From an uncultured Candidatus Rokubacteria bacterium (GTDB lineage Bacteria > Methylomirabilota > Methylomirabilia > Rokubacteriales > CSP1-6), in NCBI GenBank assembly GCA_963758635.1, contig CAVWWD010000003.1:1-64000 (forward strand): a stretch of DNA of 64,000 bases, read 5' to 3'. Of the stretch, positions 1 to 12,245 are shown piece by piece. The first letter of the stretch is position 1; every line of letters begins with the position of its first letter. Below the pieces are notes generated by a model, which was not told where the DNA came from, ran no database searches, and saw only the letters and a list, made by a program, of their open reading frames with translations. Both the position numbers and the translations under genes were made by a program.

Positions 1-210
1 CCTGACCGGGAAGCGCCGGCACATGAGCGCCAGGGCCAGGGTTCACCAGAAGCAGGGCCGTCAACGTGTCGGCAAGCGTGGACGAGTTGGCGGCGGGAGG
101 TCGGTGAACACGACATGAGACCCGACTCAGACGTTCTGCCCTTCCGGAGCCGTAGAGACAGCCCCGGGCCCGGCGTCCGCCACTGCCCCTCTGTGATCGC
201 GCCCGAGCCG

Positions 211-1582
211 ATGGACCGCTTCTATGCGCTCGTGAGGGCCATCGCGCGATTCTGGATATGGTTCTTCGAGCGCGTCGAGGTCCGGCACCCGGAGCGAGTG
301 CCCCTGGCGGGGCCCGTGCTCCTCTGCGTCAACCATCCGAACAACCTGATCGACTCGCTGCTGGTGGGGTCGGTGTTCCCGCGGAAGGTGCACTATCTCG
401 TGACCGCCGCCCTCTTTTGAAAACCGCTCGTCGCGCGGTTCCTCGTCGCATCCGGTGTGATCCCCGTCTACCGGAAAGAGGACGATCCCGACACGATGGA
501 TCGGAACATGCAAACGTTCGCGGCGTGCCATCAGGCCTTCGACGGCGGCGGGCTCGTCGCCATCTATCCCGAAGGCACCACCCACGCGAAGGCGCGCGTG
601 CAACGGATCAAGACGGGCGCGGCACGGATCGCGCTCAGCTACGAGGCGCAGGCGCCGGGATGCCTCATGGTCGTGCCGGTGGGGCAGGCTCACCTTCGAG
701 GCGCGCAAGAGATTCCGGGGGGCGCGTCCTCGTCTCCTTCGGCGAGGCTGTTCCCATCTCGCCGTACCTTACCGTCTACCGCGAGCAGCCGGCGAAGGCG
801 CTCCACGCGCTCACGACCGCGGTCCAGGGGGCGATGGAGCGCGAGCTTGTCCATATCGAGAGCATCGATCCGGAGCGGCTCGCGGGCACCGTGGAGGAAG
901 CTCTGCCACGTGGTGCTGGAGCGTGAGCTGTGGGCGGAGCGCGGCCTCCCGGGACCGCAGATCGACCCGTTCCGCCTCTCGCGGTCGATCGGGGACGCCG
1001 TCGCGTACTTCCGCCAGCGGGACCCCGAGCGCGGCGGGCGGCTCTGGCAGCGGATCCAGGGCTACCGCGCTCTCCTCGCCGCCTACCGACTCCGCGACGA
1101 GGCCGCACGGTCGCGCCTCGAGCACGCGCCCCCGCGCCGCCGGGTGGCGCGGTCGTGGCAGGCGATCGCGGGCTTTCCGCTCTTCGCCTATGGCGCGGTC
1201 GTGAACTTCCTTCCCTACTATCTGCCCCGGTGGCTCGCGCCGCGGCTGGCCCGCCGGGAGACAGACGACGCGACGATCCGGCTCCTCGCGAGCGCTGTCG
1301 CCTTCCCGGTGTTCTGGGCGCTCGAGACGCTCCTCGTCGGGTGGGCGGCTGGCCTCGGCTGGGCGCTCGCTTTCCTCCTGTCGCTCCCGCTCGGCGGGCT
1401 GATCGCGTATCGTCATCTGGGCGGCACCGGACGGCTCCTCCGACAGCTCCGGTTCGGCGCACTCCTCCTCACCCGCGCTCGAGGAGGGGCGGCGCCTCCT
1501 CGCGGAGCGCCGCGAGATCATCGACGAGCTGGAGCGCGCCACGCGCGACGGCCGCGCCGCCACGAAAGGATTCTCAATGTTA
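211..1582 (+). CDS. PlsC-family (lyso)phospholipid/glycerol-3-phosphate acyltransferase with C-terminal membrane region, frameshifted at several positions
   Basis: ATG at 211 (MDRFYALVRAIARFW); NHPNNLID (NHxxxxD motif), IPVYRKED and IYPEGTTH motifs spread over ORFs 115..420 and 457..1626; hydrophobic C-terminal helices; end approximate. Confidence 0.75.
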
Positions 1583-2401
1583 GCCAGTCGGCCCGCAACA
1601 ACAGCGCATCGTCCGCTCGCGCTTGACGCGCCGAGGCCAGGGCGCGATCGATCTGCCCACAACCTGGAGCACTCGATCGCCAACGCCGGCCTGCCGAACA
1701 TCGTCCTGGTCGGGGCCTGCCCCGCCGAGGGGGCCGCGCTGACCCGCCTGATGCGGAGGGTGGACGTTATCGTCTGCTTCACCTCGGCGGCCGAGCACGT
1801 GCGAGGGCTCGCGGGCCCCGCCGTCCAGGTGTTGATCGACGACCGAGCCCTCGACCCGCGGGCGATCGAGATGCTCGCGGCCATCCTCGTGGGACACAAC
1901 GGTGGCAGGGCGGCGGCCGTCCCGCCCGCCCCTCGGAGCGCTCCGAGCCCGGGCTCGATCAAACGGGTGCGCGATCCTGACCGCGGGGCGGCCACGTCGC
2001 GCAGGTGAGCCGTAATCGGAGTGAAGGAGGACGAGTCATGAGTGTGGCACGAGGAGACGGTCTGCTTGGGCCTGTCGATCAGAGGTCAGCGACAAGGGGA
2101 ACGGTGCGCTCGTTCGCATGGCGAGCACGGGCATCGACCTGCTGAGCGGCGTCTGGCGCGATCTTCAGCGGCTCGCGCGTCGCGCCGCAGGCGAGGGGCC
2201 GACGCTCCGCGGGGCGCTCTCGAAGGCCCTGACGGAGTACGCGGCGGAAGCTGGAGATCTCGCCCGGATCGCGAGCCGCGCGCGACCAGATGAGCGTCAT
2301 TGCCCGCTGTCCGGATTCGCTCGCCGAGCGCGAAGGATGCGCCGAGGAGCGGCGGCGCGCCATTCGCTGGCATCGGGGGGGGGGGCGGAAAGGAGCACTG
2401 C

Positions 2402-2608
2402 ATGGCCATGCGGTACATGGGCATGATCGTTCCTGCCCTGGTCCTTCTCCTCTCGCTCGCCGCGGCGCAACCGGTCGAGAGCCAGGTCCCCCGCGCATCC
2501 GACTATGCCCCTGCAACAGAGAAAGCGCCCCAGTTGGCCAAGGCAGGACTTACTCACCGACCAGGGGCGATGACGTCCGGGCCGATCGCGAACGCGCTGG
2601 CGCCGTGA
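2402..2608 (+). CDS. small putative secreted protein
   Basis: AAGGAG RBS upstream; MAMRYMGMIVPALVLLLSLAAAQP resembles a signal peptide. Confidence 0.35.
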   Translation: MAMRYMGMIVPALVLLLSLAAAQPVESQVPRASDYAPATEKAPQLAKAGLTHRPGAMTSGPIANALAP

Positions 2609-2939
2609 CGACGAGTCCACAGAGTTCATGGGCAAGGCCATCGAGTCGTCCGATCACAGATCCACGCACGGAAGCTGAAGGAGGAAGGACGCCACGTATC
2701 AGGCGGCCGATCGTAGCCTGTATCAGACGGAAGGGCTTCTAGACGGTCCTGCCTGTCGGCGGGAACTGCAGCGAGTGAATGGGCCCACCCGCCCAGGCGC
2801 TATCGCTTTCACAAGTCTTGTGTTCTGTCGCCTCCTGGAGCCGCCGTCGTCGTTCGCGCTCCTCCTCGTTCTTTCGGTTTGCTACTTCGCCGCTTCCGGG
2901 CCCTTGACGACGCCTGATTGCCGATGCAGATCCACTGGC

Positions 2940-3400
2940 TCCGCGCGCGCGCGCGGGCCCGATCATGGCCAGCGTGACCTCCACGACGCGGAGCCTTCCA
3001 GGCCGGGCGCCGCCGGCTCGCCGCCGTGGGCGACGCGCGGTGGAAGTCCTTGATCTCGGCCACGTAGTTCGGTAGCAGTGTTCCGGGTAGTCGGGGTCTG
3101 TTGACGGCGTCGCCCGCGATCTCAAGCGGCCGTTGTGCGCTTCCCACATGGAGTGGTGCCGGTGATGACCGGTGATCCGGAACACGCGAAGTTGTTGCGC
3201 GAGCTGGAAGCAGGCCGCTCGCGGCCGACTGGCCGAGCGTGCCGGTGCCGAAGTGCAGCGTGAGGCAGGCGAGCTGCCCGAGCGGGCGCGGCCGTCTGCC
3301 GTCGGTGACGGCCTGATAACGTCGACCTCGGCGCCGAGCATGAAGCGAAGGTCGGCCACGGCGAATCGCCGGCGCGATCCTCGAGGTCGGGATGCTCGCC
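2940..3400 (-). pseudogene. degenerate C-terminal part of a Gfo/Idh/MocA oxidoreductase
   Basis: pieces across frames: DLRFMLGAEV, QLACLTLHFGTGTLG, NYVAEIKDFHRA, LRVVEVTLAMI; multiple frameshifts; boundaries approximate. Confidence 0.45.
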
Positions 3401-3454
3401 CGTGCTGACGCGCCGATCAAGGCTACACTACCGTCGAAACTGAACACGGCGGCC

Positions 3455-3905
3455 GTCCCTGTTTTCGTGTCCTCGACCTTTTCCGATCCTGGAGAAGTTC
3501 CGCGAGGCGGTGCGTCCATGATCCTCTGGCTCGGCGTGACTGACGTCGCGATGAGAGCTTCGGTCCTGCGACGCCTGCCCGCTGAACGAGTGCCACGTAT
3601 CATCTGTGCGGAGAGCGATATCTTCGTCGGCCTTGATGCGCGCCGATACGGCTTCGTGCCGCGCGGTCAGAAGCGGTCCATCATCTTCAGCGAATACGAA
3701 GCGGTGCGGAAGTCCCGGCTGCCCATCCTCGCCTACCTCCTCGACGACAGTGGCGGTCGCCGGCACTTTGATCGATCGCGCAGACGCCAGCAAGCGCCGA
3801 GCCGACTTCCGATCGGACCTGAAGAAATGTCACATCGGGAGTTACTTTACCCGCGTCGAGGAGCTGGCGGCGACGGCGGGTGCGGAACTCGGCCGGCACC
3901 TTAGC
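3455..3905 (+). pseudogene. DUF4062 (TIR-like fold) domain gene, degenerate
   Basis: VFVSSTFSD N-terminal motif, ESDIFVGLDARRYGFVP, SIIFSEYEAV..LPILAYL. Confidence 0.6.
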
Positions 3906-4854
3906 CAGGGCCGCCAGCGCGTCACGCGGCTCCGACACTGTCGGGAGAGAGCCGGCGCGCGAGCAGCGGCGGCTCGACGCGCCGCCCACGGGAGAAGAGA
4001 GCGAGCGCGAGCGAGCGGCATCGGCCCTCAGCTCCCTCTGTCGGCTGCTAGCGTGCCGATGCTCGTGAACTGATGCTAGGACGGGACGAAGATCTCGCGG
4101 ACACGGCGGTCAAGGCGCGGCAATGGACGTGGCGGTGGGCGAAGGGCCGCTGTGTCCTGATGCCGAGGTGCGGTACTGGGCGGCGTTCCGCATCGGCGAG
4201 ACGCGCTGCAAAGCCATGAACAGGGGCTTGAGCACGCGGTTGCGCTCGTCAAGCTTCCGCGCGCAAGTCGGTACCCATCGGCGCCATCAGTAGGCGCCCG
4301 CTCGCCCGCCAAGATCGGCGCGGCACCGCCACGAGGCATCTCCTCAGCCTACCGAGCAGCCGGCACGCCGCCGAGGTCGTGCCGACCGCGATTGCCTCCC
4401 CGACGCGGTTCTGGACCCACGGGATGTTCTGCGTCGTCTGCTTCCACCACCTGGTCCCGATGTTCAGGTCGAAGGCCCTGGCGATCATCGACGACTGGCC
4501 GCCAGAGGCCTGCGCCCGGGTCGCGAGCCATCGTCGTTCGCGATCTGCAACACGTCTTTCAGTCGCGGACCATGCGCTGCGATGTCTACGGCGCGGTTAC
4601 GTCGGCTGGGGCCGGCGCGAAATCCCTGTGATGGGCGGCCGCCGGGCGCGGCCCTGATGACTCTGCCGCGGCCTCGGCGCCACGGCTCGACGGGGTCGAT
4701 CTTCACGCTCCGGCGCGTGCGCGCAGATGATTATTGCAAGCGTGAACTCCACTACGTGAGCCCGTCCAGGCCGGCCGCCGCCGGCGGGCGACCGGTGGCG
4801 ACCGCGTGCCGACTTTCGTCAGATCACGCCCAATATCGGGCCCTTCGACATGTA

Positions 4855-5353
4855 GCGGCTTCTGATGCAGTCGCCGCTCTCTTCGAGAAGATCGGACCGG
4901 GCTCCCCGCGAACACACGAAGGCGGTGGCGTCTGTTGGTTTACCGTAATCAAGAGTTTCAAATGTCGGGGCGATCGTGTCTATGGCGAGGAGTAATCGTC
5001 CGTCCTGAAGGCGAAGTGCCCTCAACGATGCCAAGCGCTGCGGGGCCTCTGGGAGCCGTTGCGTCCCGATGTCGGAATGATGACGTTTGACGAAGATTCC
5101 GATCGTCATCTTCTACGGCGACTGCATCCCCCCGCAAGAAACAGTGGTCCAGGGATTGGATCAATGGCGCGTACGCCTGGCGATGGCCGAACTGTGGGCG
5201 CGAGCCGTGAACCGTCACGGCGGCGATGTCACCGTTGTCGTTCTGCCTGAGATCGGCATTCGCGGAAATACGCACTTCCCCTTCTCCGACCTGAACAACA
5301 TCCAGATCGCGGATGAAATGTCCAGGTTCCTGGCAACGAAAGGGCTGGATTGA
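4855..5353 (+). pseudogene. alpha/beta-hydrolase C-terminal fragment
   Basis: VAALFEKIGPG, then TKIPIVIFYGD...LPEIGIRGNTHFPFSDLNNIQIADEMSRFL; N-terminus missing. Confidence 0.7.
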
Positions 5354-5384
5354 TCCATCAGCCCAACTCGTGGCCGCGATTGAC

Positions 5385-5480
5385 GTGCAGGACCAGCTCG
5401 GCCACCACTCGATCAAGGTGACAGTGGATGTCAACGGCCACCTGGTGCCTCGGGCGAACAAGGCGGCGGTGGACCGGCTG
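5385..5480 (+). pseudogene. tyrosine integrase C-terminal stub (module 4)
   Basis: QDQLGHHSIKVTVDVNGHLVPRANKAAVDRL = LGH..T..Y.H box II; the catalytic Tyr position reads Asn; near-identical to the 32951 stub. Confidence 0.8.
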
Positions 5481-5593
5481 ATCAGACACGGACGTTCCGG
5501 AGACCTGGCGGGAGCGTCTCGTGGCGTCCGGCGGGCCTACCGATGGTGGCGCTGAACGGCACCCCCGCGGCACCAACGGGCCTCCGAAGCGAA

Positions 5594-5647
5594 ACGCGGG
5601 GCCACGGGGCGGCCCGTAACCCGCGTCAAGAATTGGTGGAGCTGAGG
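5594..5647 (-). repeat. att site 4: 14-bp copy of tRNA-Ala 3' end (5634-5647) with adjacent terminator-like hairpin
   Basis: TGGTGGAGCTGAGG identical to 33217-33230; preceded on + by CGCGGGGCCACGGG..CCCGTAACCCGCG hairpin. Confidence 0.8.
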
Positions 5648-5964
5648 CGTGCCGAACTTGACCGGTGTTCTGCAAGTACCACAGAAGATCGGAATTCTGA
5701 CATTGCCGTCCTCGGCTCGTGGTGGTCGTCGGTGAATTTCACCAGCGATCGCGGTCGAGGGCCAGCCCGGCGAGGAGTTCCTGGAGGCGGTGCTCGAGCC
5801 CGGGTCGTGTTCTTGTGGTCCTGTCGCTCGTGGCGGCCCTGGTCGAGACGCTCGCGGCGAGGCGGGAGGAGGATTGAGTCCGGCAGCCCTCGCGGCGTGA
5901 GTTGCGCTACTCTCTGCGCACCGTTCCGATCTCGACCGCCCCGACCGCTTGGGAGACTTCCGGC

Positions 5965-8900
5965 ATGACGTGTCCCCGGTGCCAGGTGGAGAATGAGGCG
6001 GGCGCGCGCTTCTGCGAAGACTGCGGCGCCCGGCTTGAGGCGGCCTGCCCGAGCTGTGGCACCCCAGTCACGCCGGGCAAGAAGTTCTGCCGGTCATGCG
6101 GCGCCGCGCTCAGCACTGAGCCAGGGGGCCGCTTCGCCAGCCCCGAGTCGTACACTCCCGCGCACCTCGCCGAGAAGATCCTTACCTCGAAGAGCGCCCT
6201 CGAAGGCGAGCGCAAGCAGGTCACGGTCCTCTTCGCTGATCTGAAGGGCTCCATGGAGCTGCTCGCCGATCGTGACCCCGAGGAGGCGCGCAAGCTGCTC
6301 GACCCCGTGCTCGAACGGATGATGGAGGCCGTCCACCGTTACGAGGGCACGGTGAATCAAGTCATGGGCGACGGCATCATGGCGCTCTTCGGTGCTCCGC
6401 TGGCTCACGAGGACCACGCCGCACGCGCCTGTTACGCCGCGCTGCGCATGCAGGAGTCAGTGGCGCAGTACGCGGAGGGGGTCTTCCGCTCGCACGGGGT
6501 ACCCGTCCAGATCCGCGTGGGGCTCAATTCCGGTGAGGTGGTCGTCCGCGCCATCGGGTCAGATCTACACATGGACTACACGGCGGTCGGTCAGACGACC
6601 CACCTGGCCGCTCGTATGGAGCAGATGGCGACACCCGGCACAATCCTCCTCGCCCCCGCGACCCTTCAGCTCGCCGAGGGCTATGTGCAGGTCGCGGCTC
6701 GGGGACCGGTCGCGGTCAAAGGCCTGCCGGACCCGGTGGAGATCTACGCGCTCACCGGAGCGACCGCGCAGCGGACCCGGCTCCACGCGGCCGCCGCGCG
6801 GGGATTGACGCGGTTCGTCGGCCGCGACGCCGAGATCGAGCAGATGCGCCGGGCGCTCGCCCTCGCGCACGATGGGCGCGGCCAGCTTGTCTCCGTTGTG
6901 GGGGAGCCCGGCGTGGGGAAGTCACGCCTCGTCTACGAGTTCACCCACTCCCACCGCACCCAGGACTGGCTCGTTCTGGAGTCGGGCTCGGTGTCCTACG
7001 GCAAGGCGACCAACTACCTGCCGGCCATCGATCTCCTCAAGGCCTACTTCAACGTGCACGACCGCGAGACCCACCGCGAGGTACGCGAGAAGGTCACCGG
7101 CAAGCTCCTCACGCTGGACCGGACTCTCGAGCCCACCGTGCCCGCCCTGCTGGCCTTGCTGGACGTGCCCGTCGAGGACACCGAGTGGCAGGGCCTCGAT
7201 CCGCCGCAACGCCGCCGGAGAACCCTCGATGCCGTCAAGCGCCTCCTACTGCGCGAGTGCCAGCGGCAGCCCCTCCTTGTGATCTTCGAGGATCTCCACT
7301 GGATCGACTCCGAGACGCAGGCGCTCCTGGACAGCTTGGTCGAGAGTCTGCCGACGGCAAGACTGCTCCTCCTCGTCAACTACCGACCGGAGTACCGCCA
7401 CGGCTGGGGGAGCAAGACCTACTACACCCAGCTCCGTCTCGACGCCCTTCCTCCCGAGAGCGCGTACGAGCTGCTCCTGGCTTTGCTGGGCACCGACGCC
7501 ACCGTCGAGATGCTCAAGCCCGCTCTCATCGCCCGGACTGGCGGCAATCCCCTCTTCCTCGAGGAGAGCGTGCGGACGCTGGTCGAGACGCGCGCCCTTA
7601 CTGGCAAGGGCGGGGCCCATCGACTCGCCCGGCCCCTCGACACGATCGACGTGCCCGCCACCGTGCAGACGATCCTCGCCGCGCGGATCGATCGGCTGGA
7701 TCTTCAAGACAAGCAACTCCTCCAGACCGCCGCCGTCATCGGCAAGGACGTGCCGTTCGCCCTCCTGCTCGCCATTGCCGAGCTTGGCGAGGAGGACCTG
7801 CGCCACGGGCTCGCCCGCCTCCAGGCCGCTGAGTTCCTCTACGAAACGAGCCTCTTCCCCGACCTCGAATACACCTTCAAGCACGCGCTGACCCACGAAG
7901 TCACCTACGGCACCCTGCTCCAGGACCGACGTAAGGTGTTGCACGCCGGGATCGTCGAGCGCCATCGAGACGCTGCTATCCGGACCGGCTGATCGAGCAC
8001 GTCGAGCGCCTGGCCTACCATGCCGTGCGGGGCGAGATGTGGGAGCACGCGGTCACATACCTCCGGCAGGCCGGTGCCAAGGCGTTCGCGCGCTGGGCCC
8101 ATCAGGAGGCCGTGACGTGCTTTGAGCAGGCGCTCGACGGCCTTGTCGCATCTGCCTGAGACCCGCGAGAGGCTGGAGCAGGCCATTGATCTGCGCTTTG
8201 ACCTGAGAACGTCGCTCTTTCCGTTTGGACAATTCGAGCGGATCTTGGGCCGTCTCCGCGAAGCTGAAGCCCTGGCGAGGACGCTCGAGGATCAACGGCG
8301 ACTCGGTCAGACGTTCGTTCATATGTGCCTCAACGTCTGGATGACTGGTCATCCGCAGGAAGCGGCCGCGTTCGGCCAGAGCGCCCAGGCTCTTGCCGGG
8401 ACGCTTGAAGATGTTCCGCTCCAGATCACGGGAAACCTCTACTTCGGCGTGGCTTACCTCGGTACGGGCGACTATCGACGGGCCGAGGAGCTTCTCCTGC
8501 AAGCCCTGCACTTGCTCGAAGGTGATCGGAGCAGGGAGCGATTTGGCCTCGCCTCATTTGTGACCGCGACCGCCAGCGCCTCGCGCTCTCCCCACAGCGC
8601 GGCCCGGATGTTCTTGACGTGGGTTCTCGCCGACCAGGGAAGGTTCAAAGAAGGAACCGCCCACGGCCAGGAAGCCATTCGCCTCGGCGAGGCGCTTGGT
8701 AACCCCTTCACCCTGGCCAACGTTAGTTGGCATCTCGCCAATCTCGAGATCATCAGAGGAGAGCTCAGCCACGCCGTCCGCCTGCTGGAACGCGGGTCGG
8801 CGCTGAGCCGCGAGTGGAACTTGCCCTTCTGTACAGTGGACGCGACAGGGAGTCTGGGCTACGCCTACGCGCTCTCGGGGCAGGTTGCTGAGGGCATCTC

Positions 8901-9345
8901 GTTGCTGGAGCACGCGGTCACCGCCAGTGAGACCATGCAATACGGAGCTGTCCAGCCACTCTACCTCTGCTATCTGGGCGAGGCGTATGTCCTCGCCGAT
9001 CGGACCGAGGACGCTCTCGCATTCGCCGGGCGAGCCCTGACCCTTGCCCGTGAGCGCGGTCAACGCCCCTACGAGGCGCGGGCCCTCCGCCTCCTCGGCC
9101 AGGCCACCGCCCGCCTCGATCACTCGGAGCACGCTGACGATCATTACCGTGACGCGCTCGCGCTCGCCGAGAGCCTCGGGATGCGCCCCCTCATCGCTCA
9201 CTGCCACCTCGGCCTCGGCAAACTCCACCGACGCACAGGCCAGCAGGAGCAGGCGCGCGAGCACGTCACCACCGCGACGACGATGTACCGCGAGATGGGG
9301 ATGACGTACTGGCTGGAGCAGGCGGAGGCGGAGAGGGGAGCGTGA
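5965..9345 (+). CDS. double zinc ribbon + class III adenylate/guanylate cyclase + AAA ATPase + TPR protein, frameshifted near 7960-8140
   Basis: CPRC..CEDC..CPSC..CRSC; ERKQVTVLFADLKGS, GDGIMALFGAP; Walker A GEPGVGKS; FEDLHW; GGNPLFLEE; TPR-like C-terminus in ORF 8122..9345. Confidence 0.9.
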
Positions 9346-9657
9346 CCGCGAAGCCCAGACCCCGCAGGAGGCAGGCGATCGCAAACAAGTACAGCGTGAC
9401 GCTCCTGGACGGGAGCACGCAGCGAGTCGCGGTCGTGCGGAACGAGAGCGTAAGGTGTCATTCACGAGGCGGTTGGGGGGTGGTCCGCGCCTTGACTGGC
9501 GGCCGGGAGGGCTCGACCTTGACGTAACGCTCGGAGTCGGCCGCCGGCCGCCCAGGCGCCCGATGCCGCGGCGTCTGCGTTTGACAAGCTCGCGCCCGCT
9601 GTGGTTCATGTGACGCACTCTCAGCATCGAGTCGAAGGCCCGCCGAGGAGGAATCCC

Positions 9658-11238
9658 ATGATGCTGCGCCGCCTGCTGATCGTCTCCCTGGCCCTGGCAG
9701 CCATCGTCGTGGCGAGCGTGCCCGTGCACGCGCAGACGACGCTTCGGGTCGTCATGCACTCCGACCTGAAGATCATCGACCCCGTCTGGACGACGGCCTA
9801 CATCGTCCGCAACCACGGCTACATGGTCTACGACACGCTCTTCGCCATGGACGCGAAGGGCGAGATCAAGCCGCAGATGGTCGACAAGTACGACGTCAGC
9901 GCCGACAAGCTGACCTACACGCTCACGCTGCGCGACGGGCTTCTGTGGCACGACGGCAAGCCCGTCACCTCCGAGGACTGCGTCGCCTCCATCAAGCGGT
10001 GGGCGGCCAAGGACTCGCTGGGTCAGAAGCTGATGACCTTCGTCAAGGAGCTGCAGGTCGTCAGCCCGAAGACGTTCAAGATCCTGCTCAAGGAGCCCAC
10101 GGGGCTCGTGCTCAGCGGCCTCGGCAAGCCGAGCTCGAATGTGCCGTTCATGATGCCCAAGCGCGTGGCCGAGACCGATCCCAACACGCAGATCTCGGAG
10201 ACCATCGGGTCCGGCCCCTTCATCTTCAAGAAGGAAGAGTGGAAGCCCGGCGACAAGGCCGTCTACGTGAAGAACCCGCAGTACAAGCCGCGCAGCGAGC
10301 CGGCGTCGGGCCTGACGGGCGGCAAGGTCGTGAAGGTCGATCGCGTGGAGTGGAAGTGGATCCCCGATCAGCAGACCGCGATCAACGCGCTGCTCGCCGG
10401 CGAGATCGACTACATGGAAGCGCCGCAGCACGACCTGCTGCCGGTGGTGAAGAAGGACGCGAACCTCAAGCTCGTCGACTACAACCCCCTCGGGAACCAA
10501 TACACGTTCCGTTACAACGTGCTGCACAAGCCGTTCGACAACGCGAAGATCCGCCAGGCCGTCCTCTACGCCTTCAACCAGGAAGACTTCCTGAAGGCGA
10601 CGATCGGCGATCCCGCGTACTACAAGACGTGTCGGTCCTTCTATCCGTGCGGCGGGCCGTTCGAGACGACGAAGGGCCTGGAAGGCATGCTCGAGTCGAA
10701 CTTCGCCAAGTCGCAGGCGCTCCTGAAGGAGGCGGGCTACGACGGCACGCCCGTGGTGCTGATGCAGTCCACGGACCTTGCCGTGCTTGCCAACCTGGCG
10801 CCGGTCGCGAAGTCGCTGCTCGAGAAGGGCGGCTTCAAGGTGGATCTGGTCGCGATGGACTGGCAGACCCTCGTCGCGCGGCGCGCGAAGAAGGATCCGC
10901 CGAATGCCGGTGGCTGGAACGCGTTTCTCACGGGGTGGGTCGCCGCGGACATTCTCGACCCCGTGATGATGGGATTCATGAACGCGGGCTGCGACAAGGC
11001 GATGTTCGGCTGGCCGTGCGACAAGGAGATCGAGGCGCTCCGTGATCAGTTCGCGCGCGAGACCGTCCCCGCCAAGCAGAAGGCCATCGCGGAGGCGGTG
11101 CAGGTTCGCGAGACGCAGTATCCGACGCACATCCCACTCGGTCACTTCTTCGTCCCGCTCGCCGTGCGCAAGAGCACGGATGGCTACGTGCAGGCGCCCG
11201 TGCCGGTGTTCTGGAACGTCACGAAATCGGGGAAGTAG
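9658..11238 (+). CDS. ABC transporter substrate-binding protein, family 5 (peptide/nickel)
   Basis: GAGGAGG RBS, signal peptide, DPVWTTAYIVRNHGYMVYDTLF, LRDGLLWHDG, GSGPF. Confidence 0.92.
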   Translation: MMLRRLLIVSLALAAIVVASVPVHAQTTLRVVMHSDLKIIDPVWTTAYIVRNHGYMVYDTLFAMDAKGEIKPQMVDKYDVSADKLTYTLTLRDGLLWHDGKPVTSEDCVASIKRWAAKDSLGQKLMTFVKELQVVSPKTFKILLKEPTGLVLSGLGKPSSNVPFMMPKRVAETDPNTQISETIGSGPFIFKKEEWKPGDKAVYVKNPQYKPRSEPASGLTGGKVVKVDRVEWKWIPDQQTAINALLAGEIDYMEAPQHDLLPVVKKDANLKLVDYNPLGNQYTFRYNVLHKPFDNAKIRQAVLYAFNQEDFLKATIGDPAYYKTCRSFYPCGGPFETTKGLEGMLESNFAKSQALLKEAGYDGTPVVLMQSTDLAVLANLAPVAKSLLEKGGFKVDLVAMDWQTLVARRAKKDPPNAGGWNAFLTGWVAADILDPVMMGFMNAGCDKAMFGWPCDKEIEALRDQFARETVPAKQKAIAEAVQVRETQYPTHIPLGHFFVPLAVRKSTDGYVQAPVPVFWNVTKSGK

Positions 11239-11303
11239 CGGCGGTCCTTGAGGGCGAGCGGCACGCGGGGCCGGCGGTCTTCGTAGATCTCGTCAGGCGT
11301 CTG

Positions 11304-12245
11304 ATGCTGGTCTACGTCGTCAAACGGCTGCTCGCCACCATCCCCGTCATGCTCGTCGTCGCGGTGGTCGTGTTCTCCATGCTGAGGCTGACCGCTGGGG
11401 ATCCGGCGGCCATCATCGCGGGGGACAACGCCACCAGCCAGGACATCGCCGCGATCCGGGCCAAGCTCGGCCTCGAACGGCCGATCGTCGAGCAGTTCGG
11501 GATCTGGATCAGCAAGGTCGTGCGCGGCGATTTCGGTGAGTCGTTCTTCTTCAAGCGGACGGTGGCGTCGCTGATCGCCGAGCGGATCGAGCCCACGCTC
11601 GCGCTCGCCATCCTCACGCTCATCCTCACCGTGTGCATGGCGGTGCCGCTCGGGGTCGTCGCGGCCTGGCGGCGCGGCACCTGGATCGATCGCGGTGTGA
11701 TGAGCCTGTCGGTGCTCGGCTTCTCCGTGCCCGTGTTCGTCATCGGCTACGCGTTCATCTACCTGTTCGCGATCCAACTCGCGTGGCTGCCGGTGCAAGG
11801 GTATCAGCGGCTCAGCGAAGGCATCGGCGGGTTCCTCGAGCGGCTGATCCTGCCGAGCGTCACACTCTCGGTCATCTACGTCGCGCTCATCGCGCGCACC
11901 ACGCGGGCCAGTGTGCTCGAGGTGCTTGACGCCGATCACGTGCGCACCGCGCGCGCGAAGGGGCTCGGCGAGCTGCCGGTGCTGATCCGCCACGTGCTGC
12001 GCAACGCCTCCGTGCCGATCGTCACCGTCATCGGCTTTGGCGTCGCGCTACTGATCGGGGGCGTCGTGGTGACGGAGTCCGTCTACGCGATTCCCGGGCT
12101 CGGGCGGCTCACCGTCGACGCGGTGCTCGCCCGTGACTATCCGACGGTGCAGGCGGTCATCCTGCTGTTCTCGGTCGCCTACGTGCTCATCAACCTCCTC
12201 GTCGATCTCACGTACACGCTCCTCGACCCGAGGATCCGATATTGA
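11304..12245 (+). CDS. peptide ABC transporter permease (DppB/OppB-like)
   Basis: GDPAAII, RTARAKGL, VVTESVYAIPGLGRL, LDPRIRY. Confidence 0.93.
   Translation: MLVYVVKRLLATIPVMLVVAVVVFSMLRLTAGDPAAIIAGDNATSQDIAAIRAKLGLERPIVEQFGIWISKVVRGDFGESFFFKRTVASLIAERIEPTLALAILTLILTVCMAVPLGVVAAWRRGTWIDRGVMSLSVLGFSVPVFVIGYAFIYLFAIQLAWLPVQGYQRLSEGIGGFLERLILPSVTLSVIYVALIARTTRASVLEVLDADHVRTARAKGLGELPVLIRHVLRNASVPIVTVIGFGVALLIGGVVVTESVYAIPGLGRLTVDAVLARDYPTVQAVILLFSVAYVLINLLVDLTYTLLDPRIRY

Noticed and set aside
4250..4560. protein-like fragment on minus strand (ARAFDLNIGTRWWKQTTQNIPWVQNRVGEAIA)
   Set aside because: Looks coding but I cannot assign a family or boundaries.
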